DNA of 64,000 nucleotides from Strigamia acuminata (Eukaryota): NCBI GenBank assembly GCA_949358305.1, contig OX442314.1, positions 9,486,001 to 9,550,000 of the forward strand, read 5' to 3'. Shown piece by piece: positions 57,509 to 64,000 of this stretch (position 1 is its first letter; each line of letters starts with the position of its first letter). The notes under the pieces were generated by a model. It saw only the letters and a program-made list of their open reading frames with translations, ran no database searches and was not told where the DNA came from. The position numbers and the translations under genes were made by a program.

Positions 57509-60500
57509 TGTAAAGTTATTGTTTCTCTCTCAAAAACTTGTTGAAAACTGTTAAAATAACTGTTGCCAAAATGGCCACACAACCAGTCAGTTCTCTAGAT
57601 TTAACAGGAATGCTTTATTTTACAAAGAATATACAAAAATGGTTTTTAATCTTTTAATCTTTTAACTCGATTCTTGAATTCCTCGTGTTGGCGCGCGTGT
57701 CTTTCTGGCGATCCTGTCGCCCTCTGGTGTCACTTCTCTGCACCGCGCCTTTACATTTCACACTCGACCATCCGACTACCCGAGTCGGTCCTCCGACTCG
57801 TCTTGGCCTTCGTCCTCGCTCGCGTTGTCGGCATCGTCGGTGATTTCCCACCGCTTTATTTGGTCCGTTGGCGCCGTGACACGGTATCGAGGCGGGTCCT
57901 CGAAGCTCTGGACCTCATACACCGTGTCGGAGATCTTGCGCCCGATTCGCAACGGCCCCCGATATAGTGCTGACAACTTCCCCGCCGCCCCTTGCGCCGC
58001 GAGTGCCTTTCGCCGCACAACGACCACGTCCCCCTCTTTAAACATTTTATTCGGCCCCCGATGTCGATCGAATGCCTTCTTTTGACGCACCTGCGCCGCT
58101 GTGAGCGCGTCGTGCGCCTCGTCTCGCGTCCGCTCAAAGTCCGCCTCCTCGTCGTCGTTGTCCTCAACCGCGACCGCTGCCAGTCTTGGCTCGATAACGG
58201 TTCGTGGTTGGAATCCGTAGAGCACCTCCATCGGTGTCTTTCCGGTGCTCCTACTCGTTCTCGAATTTAATGCAACCTCGATTTGGTTCAAATGTGTCGC
58301 CCAGTCACTCCCATCTGCCTTCACCACACAGCTCGCCATCATTGGCACCAGCGTTCTATTTGTCCGCTCGACTTGCCCGTTGGCCCTCGGATTTTCGGTG
58401 GAGGTCAATACATGTCCCACCCCCAATTCGTTGCACAATTCGGTGAATTCGTTATTTTTAAATGCAGTCCCTCTATCGGTGATAACTCGTGTGGGAACCC
58501 ACATCCGCACACACAGTTCTCTCAACTTTCGGCACGTTTCTTTCGCACTTGTTGATTTGGTTGCTCTCAAAAATGTCACTTTCGAGTAATTGCACACTGC
58601 CACCAGCACATATTTGTACCCTCCGCTCTTTGGGAATGGCCCTACGTGGTCCAGGTGGACCGTATGCCACGGCACCTTCTCCCGGATTATCATATTCAGT
58701 GCCCCTGGTCTGCGTCCCCCCGGCTCTTTGTAAATTAAACATTTGACGCAGGATCCGATGATGGCTTTTACAAATTTCCGCATTCTCGGGAACCAAAACC
58801 TCTTGAGAATCGCATCCATCGTCCCCTCTGTCGCCGGGTGCCCGTGTGACTCATGCACTTCCCTCGTTATTTGCCGCTGTATCCCTTTTGGCACGTAAAT
58901 TCGTTTTCGTTTCTTCTCCCCTTTTCTTCTTAAAATATGGCACACGTGTCCATTCTTGAGTGTGAACTGCCGTATTTTGTTCTGCATCCGCTCGGTCAAC
59001 CCCTCATTGTTATTTTGCAATAAAGCATTTTTAATCTCTCTACACTCAATGTCGCTCATCTGAGCAGCCTCCAGCCAGTCTCCGCCCATTAATCTAATCT
59101 CATTCACTCGGAATCGACTCATCACCTCGTTCTCCTCGGTTCCCAACTGTTGGCACGGTTCGGCATTTCTGCTGAGCGCGTCGACGTGACTCATTAGTAG
59201 TCCCGGCCGATGTACAGCTCTAAAATCGTACTCGGATAGTTGCAACACCCATCTGCCTATGCGAGGGGTCAGCTCTTTCTTTTTCAACCCGTATCTAACC
59301 GCCTCGCAGTCGGTAACAATGACAAACTCTGCCCCGTATACATACATTCTAAATTGTCGTACCGCCCATACCACTGCTAATAATTCCAATTCTGTGGAGT
59401 GATACCGCCGCTCGCAGTCCGTCGTTGTTCGGCTTGCGTACAATACTGGGTGCAATATTTCCTTCTCGTCCCCCTGCATTAAAATTGCCCCTAACCCCTC
59501 CTGCGACGCGTCTGTGTGTATTTCGCATGGGCGTGTATTATCAAACACCTTCAATACTGGTGCAGACACCAACTCATTAATTAAGTTTCTAAATGCCGCT
59601 TCACACTCTTTTTCCCACACAAACGGCTCGTTCTTGCGTGTTAAGTTTGTCAACGGCCTGCACTTGACTGCATAGCCCGCCACAAATCGCCTAAAATAAC
59701 CACACAATCCCAAAAAGCTCCTAACTCCCCTTACATCTACTGGCGTCGGGAAGTTTCTAATGGCGCTTGTTTTCTCCAACCCTGGCCGTAACCCCTCCGC
59801 CGTCAAACGTAGCCCCAAAAAATTCACTTCACCGCACAAAAAATGACACTTGCTTAATTTTAATGTTAATTTCGCTTTTCTCATTTCAATCAATAAAGCT
59901 CTCATTTTTAGAAACAACTCATCAACACTTTTAGCCCCTTGTAACAAATCATCCATATAACGTCTCATTATCTCTCTCGGAAGATGGCCAAACGCCATTT
60001 CCATCATGCGGTTAAAAACAAACGGCGCGTTTACAAGCCCAAATGGCATTCGAGTAAACTGCCACTTGTTTGACATTGTTGAAAATGCCGTCTTTCCCTG
60101 TGCGCCCTCTGTTAATTCTACTTGATAATATCCCGCGGCTAAGTCAAACACAGAAAAAATCACCCAATCATGCGTGCCGTCAAAAATCTCCTCAATTCTC
60201 GGGCAAGGGAAATGTTCCTTGACCGTTGCCTCGTTTAAATGTCTAAAATCAATGCAAATTCGCATCTCTCCGTTCTTTTTTCTCACCACAACTATCGGAC
60301 TATTAAAAGCACTATTTGATTTTCTGATAAACCCTGCCCCCTCTAACTCTCGGATCATTTCGTCAATCTCCCGCTGCTGCGCCGCTGAGTAAGGGTATCG
60401 CCTCAAATTTACCGCCCTATCCGTCGTTAATTCAATATCCATTTTTAAATTTTCGAATTTTCCTACTTCTAACAAATTTGTTGCAAAACAGTCCCTAAAC

Positions 60501-62880
60501 TCATTAACCAACCCGACTAATCTCAATTTGTTTTCTTCTGACACCCCCTCGCCCACTTTAAGATCGTGTAATGAAATAACAGACTCACCCCTCGCCTCCC
60601 TCGATTCCACTCGCTTCACTTCGCTGCATTGCAACGACGGTGCGTCGTCAATCGTTTCAACGTGTCCGAATTTCTTCCCTTTTCGCACTTGAATCGCCGT
60701 CGCCCCCCGGTTCACTACTGGTATTCTCATTCGTCCTTCCTCCACGCTCGTTACTCCTTCCAACACCTCAAGTCGATCAAAGTTCGAGAGTTCGTTGCAC
60801 AAATAAACAGCTCCGTCGTCGCCTTGCACTTTCATTTCAATAAAATTTATCGAATGTGCTTCGATTATCGTCTCTTCACTCGTCACCAACACCCTCGGTT
60901 TTGTTCGCACGTCCGGTTCGATGCGTCGAAGTCCCCCGTCGATCGTCGTCGTGTCGCAAAACGAAATTTTCCCGCTCTCCACCGTCATCTTCACGCCTTG
61001 ATGCTCCAAAAGTGGCTGCCCCACCCAAATGTCCGTTGACATCACCTCGTCGTCAACAACGTAAAATGGCACAGCATCCACCGTCACGCCGTCCGCTTCC
61101 ACGCGATATTTCGTGCGGCCAAAATAGGTTTGCTCATCTTGGTTGAGCCCGTAGTTAAATCCACGTATTTTGTACGCAAATTTCGGCTCGTCAATTCCCG
61201 CCTGCCCCGCGAACGTTTTACTGACTAAACACAACTCACTTTGCGTGTCGATGCCTGCCGTGCACGAACGTCCCGCGACCGTCAGTATTGTTGCAAATTT
61301 CGGGATCATGGCTTCTCCTGCGATCTTCTTGATGGCGTGCGGCTTCACCTCCTTCGGTCTTGTCAATTTTCGCTCGCGTTTTGGCTCCGGACACTTGTTG
61401 GCGTAATGACCGCTCGCGTCACAGTTAAAACACTTAACTTTTGGGCAATTTGCCGAAATGTGCCCCGCCTCCTTGCACCCAAAACACCGGGTCTCGCTTG
61501 TACACTCGTTGGCACGGTGCCCCTCCTCCCCACATTTAAAACAGGCCGTGTGTGATTTTCGCACACTCACTTTCTCCCTCGGCACGACCAGTTTTGGTTT
61601 AAACTCGCTTTTTATCTCACTCTTCGCACTCACGTATTTAGACTCAATCGTTTTTACATCTCGGATTATCTCGCCTATACTGCTATATGATTTCAAATAA
61701 ATGGCGCTCATTACCGTTTTGTTCTTGAGTCCGTCCACGATGTAATCACGCGCCTCCGCCAAATTCAGCTTCAATTTGCCACACACTGCCCACTTCCGAT
61801 GCACGTACGCTTCGACCGTATCGTCGGGTTTCTGCGGCGCCTGCATCATGGCTTGCTTTTCAGCAAGGGTTAATTCCTGGTCAGGAAAGTCACGCACAAA
61901 ACACCGGGCCCAATCGCGATACTGGCGCTCCAATTCGCCCGTATTTTCTTGCCAAACCTTGGCCGCTCCTTCCAGGGCCGCCGCTGCGTTCGTCACCTTC
62001 GTGGTGTTCGTCCAGTGGTAGTCCTTCGCATATTCCTCGACTATCTGGAGCCATTCCGTCGTGGTTCTGGTCTGGTCCCGCTCGCCCGAAAATTTTGGCA
62101 GCTTCGGCGCCGCTCGCGTTTCGCGCCGCGAGTTTTCCAGCTGCATTTGCGCAATCAACAGCTGCACAGCCTTCTCGGTCCCCGTCGCATTTGGATCTGC
62201 CGTTTTCTGTACCTCTCGTATCTGTTGGTCGTCGTCTTCTTCCTCCTCTTCCTCCTCGTCGGCGACCGTCTCGCCTGCCGCCTTTCGCATCGCTCGCCAC
62301 ATCTCGACCGCCATCTCCGCTTTACGTTTTCGGAACGTTGTGAGCCCGAGTTTCCGCATTTCGGGGCGCATTTCTTCCGTTCTCAGGACCAACAAATTCT
62401 CAACTGTGGGTATTTCGCCCCTCGCAATCATCGCAAGTACCGCCGGGATGTCCATCGTGATTTTTTTGACGTTCAAAAAACTTTTCGACCACGCGTCGCT
62501 GTTTCGCTCTTTTGTCTTGGTTTTAGGCCTCGCGCCGCTTTCACCACTCTCTGCTCACTCTGGATTCCGGTTCTGGTCACTTCACTTCTCGTTCTTTCAG
62601 TTCGCAATTTTGTTTAACATCCCACTTCTGATGTAAAGTTATTGTTTCTCTCTCAAAAACTTGTTGAAAACTGTTAAAATAACTGTTGCCAAAATGGCCA
62701 CACAACCAGTCAGTTCTCTAGATTTAACAGGAATGCTTTATTTTACAAAGAATATACAAAAATGGTTTTTAATCTTTTAATCTTTTAACTCGATTCTTGA
62801 ATTCCTCGTGTTGGCGCGCGTGTCTTTCTGGCGATCCTGTCGCCCTCTGGTGTCACTTCTCTGCACCTTTACATTTCACA
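57509..62880 (-). mobile_element. Full-length Ty3/Gypsy element (Mdg3-like) nested in the outer pol
   Basis: LTRs 57509-57762 and 62632-62880 differ by a 5-bp indel; 4-bp TSD GAGG; PBS TCAGAAGTGGGAT (tRNA-Leu lacking its last 5 nt) at 62619-62631 abuts the LTR. Confidence 0.96.
57776..62455 (-). CDS. Single-ORF Gag-Pol polyprotein (1559 aa from the first ATG)
   Basis: Three CCHC knuckles, protease IDTQS, RT YMDD, RNase H TDAS, integrase HESHGH..CVKC and LDHVGP/TDRG/QVER; no stops. Confidence 0.95.
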   Translation of the reverse strand: MDIPAVLAMIARGEIPTVENLLVLRTEEMRPEMRKLGLTTFRKRKAEMAVEMWRAMRKAAGETVADEEEEEEEDDDQQIREVQKTADPNATGTEKAVQLLIAQMQLENSRRETRAAPKLPKFSGERDQTRTTTEWLQIVEEYAKDYHWTNTTKVTNAAAALEGAAKVWQENTGELERQYRDWARCFVRDFPDQELTLAEKQAMMQAPQKPDDTVEAYVHRKWAVCGKLKLNLAEARDYIVDGLKNKTVMSAIYLKSYSSIGEIIRDVKTIESKYVSAKSEIKSEFKPKLVVPREKVSVRKSHTACFKCGEEGHRANECTSETRCFGCKEAGHISANCPKVKCFNCDASGHYANKCPEPKRERKLTRPKEVKPHAIKKIAGEAMIPKFATILTVAGRSCTAGIDTQSELCLVSKTFAGQAGIDEPKFAYKIRGFNYGLNQDEQTYFGRTKYRVEADGVTVDAVPFYVVDDEVMSTDIWVGQPLLEHQGVKMTVESGKISFCDTTTIDGGLRRIEPDVRTKPRVLVTSEETIIEAHSINFIEMKVQGDDGAVYLCNELSNFDRLEVLEGVTSVEEGRMRIPVVNRGATAIQVRKGKKFGHVETIDDAPSLQCSEVKRVESREARGESVISLHDLKVGEGVSEENKLRLVGLVNEFRDCFATNLLEVGKFENLKMDIELTTDRAVNLRRYPYSAAQQREIDEMIRELEGAGFIRKSNSAFNSPIVVVRKKNGEMRICIDFRHLNEATVKEHFPCPRIEEIFDGTHDWVIFSVFDLAAGYYQVELTEGAQGKTAFSTMSNKWQFTRMPFGLVNAPFVFNRMMEMAFGHLPREIMRRYMDDLLQGAKSVDELFLKMRALLIEMRKAKLTLKLSKCHFLCGEVNFLGLRLTAEGLRPGLEKTSAIRNFPTPVDVRGVRSFLGLCGYFRRFVAGYAVKCRPLTNLTRKNEPFVWEKECEAAFRNLINELVSAPVLKVFDNTRPCEIHTDASQEGLGAILMQGDEKEILHPVLYASRTTTDCERRYHSTELELLAVVWAVRQFRMYVYGAEFVIVTDCEAVRYGLKKKELTPRIGRWVLQLSEYDFRAVHRPGLLMSHVDALSRNAEPCQQLGTEENEVMSRFRVNEIRLMGGDWLEAAQMSDIECREIKNALLQNNNEGLTERMQNKIRQFTLKNGHVCHILRRKGEKKRKRIYVPKGIQRQITREVHESHGHPATEGTMDAILKRFWFPRMRKFVKAIIGSCVKCLIYKEPGGRRPGALNMIIREKVPWHTVHLDHVGPFPKSGGYKYVLVAVCNYSKVTFLRATKSTSAKETCRKLRELCVRMWVPTRVITDRGTAFKNNEFTELCNELGVGHVLTSTENPRANGQVERTNRTLVPMMASCVVKADGSDWATHLNQIEVALNSRTSRSTGKTPMEVLYGFQPRTVIEPRLAAVAVEDNDDEEADFERTRDEAHDALTAAQVRQKKAFDRHRGPNKMFKEGDVVVVRRKALAAQGAAGKLSALYRGPLRIGRKISDTVYEVQSFEDPPRYRVTAPTDQIKRWEITDDADNASEDEGQDESEDRLG

Positions 62881-62884
62881 GAGG

Positions 62885-63028
62885 GGAGGAGTGGTAGAAA
62901 AGAAGAAAATAAAGAAATTTTATCAAGATTTGCGTGAAAAACAACCTAAAAAAGTCATGAAAAAAGCTATCTTGAAGAAATATTCACTTCGAGATAGGGG
63001 GAGGATTAAGCCTCCAGACTACCTCTAA
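62885..63028 (+). CDS. Displaced C-terminal tail of the outer Gypsy integrase
   Basis: In frame with 57508 once the insert is removed: GGVVEKKKIKKFYQDLREKQPKKVMKKAILKKYSLRDRGRIKPPDYL*. Confidence 0.85.
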   Translation, partial: GGVVEKKKIKKFYQDLREKQPKKVMKKAILKKYSLRDRGRIKPPDYL

Positions 63029-64000
63029 AAATAGAAGGTAGCGACGTCACTCGGGAGTCCGGAAGTGGACGACGTCGCAGCTCGAACGTGATTGGTCGAG
63101 GCGAATCTCACTTGTTAACTTGACATCAAAACAATAACAAGTTAAGGAAAGTTATCCCGGATTTTAACAACAAGTCAGTAAGAATAAGAGGGAAGAACGA
63201 CCAAAAACGAAGAAAAAGTGTGCAGCCAAGTGAAAGAAGGGTCCGATTAAGCGGAAGTTCATCTTAAGATGTTCGAACCACGGAAATCACCACCACCAAA
63301 AAGACGGGACCATAGTGAGGTAGTAAAAATCGAAATGTGTCGAAAATATAAATAAGGAAGTATTTTCTCTCATCGGGTGTGTTATTTGAAAGTGCGTAAA
63401 GTATTGTGGAAATGACGGGAACGAAATATGTCGTTACAACGTGACAAGTTCGGCGAAATCACGATTTAAAATGAAAAGGAATCAAATGTCTCGAAATAAG
63501 TTAAAATAAAATTAGTTATCACTTAAATAACTGGTTTTATAAGACAAAAGTGCTAATTTATTAGGCAAAATCACAAATTAGTAACTTAAAAAGGACTCCT
63601 ATCACGGAAAATTAGCAAGGAGCGCCATCTTGTGAGAAAATTTAGAATAATAAAACTCAAAATCGAGATAAATACGCAAAAATAACACACACATCAGAGA
63701 AAGATAAAATACAATGAATTTGAGAGAAAATTGAATTTAATAATGTTTTACACAGACCCAAGAAGCCATGGCGTCGTGGGGAAGAATTTCGAGGGCGGCT
63801 AGATTGCCAAGGAATATCCACCGAGGGAGAATTCCTTATCGTTATAAAAGGGAATTTACCAAGAGAGGATACACCGCATTCCAGGCTCGAAAAGCGTTTA
63901 CAACAGCCATCCAAAGATTTTGGGGAACGACGAAACGATTATTCAAAGGATTCAAAACATGTTTCCACGAAGTTTTGAGACAGATCCCAATTACAGAGGA

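Larger units (their letters stand above)
47613..64000 (+). mobile_element. Large Ty3/Gypsy LTR retrotransposon (3' LTR not within the window)
   Basis: 5' LTR 47613-48620 (TGTAGTGACCC...CTCATTACA), partial tRNA-Pro-like PBS TGGGGGCCCG at 48623-48632, gag, then pol in PR-RT-RH-IN order. Confidence 0.95.

Overview
AT-rich, intron-containing animal genomic DNA, most consistent with an invertebrate (probably arthropod); the taxon cannot be fixed from the sequence. From left to right: (1) a frameshifted BEL/Pao LTR retrotransposon (1-5062, minus). (2) A tandem cluster of four intact two-exon genes plus one truncated copy encoding secreted 8-Cys CS-alpha-beta (defensin/scorpion-toxin-like) peptides with Thr/Pro tails (5.3-16.6 kb), with a decayed copia, a solo LTR and a foldback MITE inserted. 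(3) Non-coding, minisatellite-rich DNA (17-23 kb). (4) Three conserved genes: BAF, LIN52 and ALDH6A1/MMSDH, the last two head-to-head as in human. (5) A 31-47 kb accessory region holding about ten mostly decayed copies of an unrecognised small single-pass membrane ORF family (core F-x-G-M-x-W-x-Q-[VI]-K-Y), interleaved with nested Tc1, hAT and PIF/Harbinger elements and a young non-autonomous LTR element with TG...TA ends. (6) A large Ty3/Gypsy element (47613 to window end) with a -1 frameshift signal, whose integrase tail is interrupted by an intact single-ORF Gypsy (57509-62880, minus). The best novelty candidates are the defensin-like peptide cluster and the small membrane ORF family. All family assignments come from motif recognition, not database searches.
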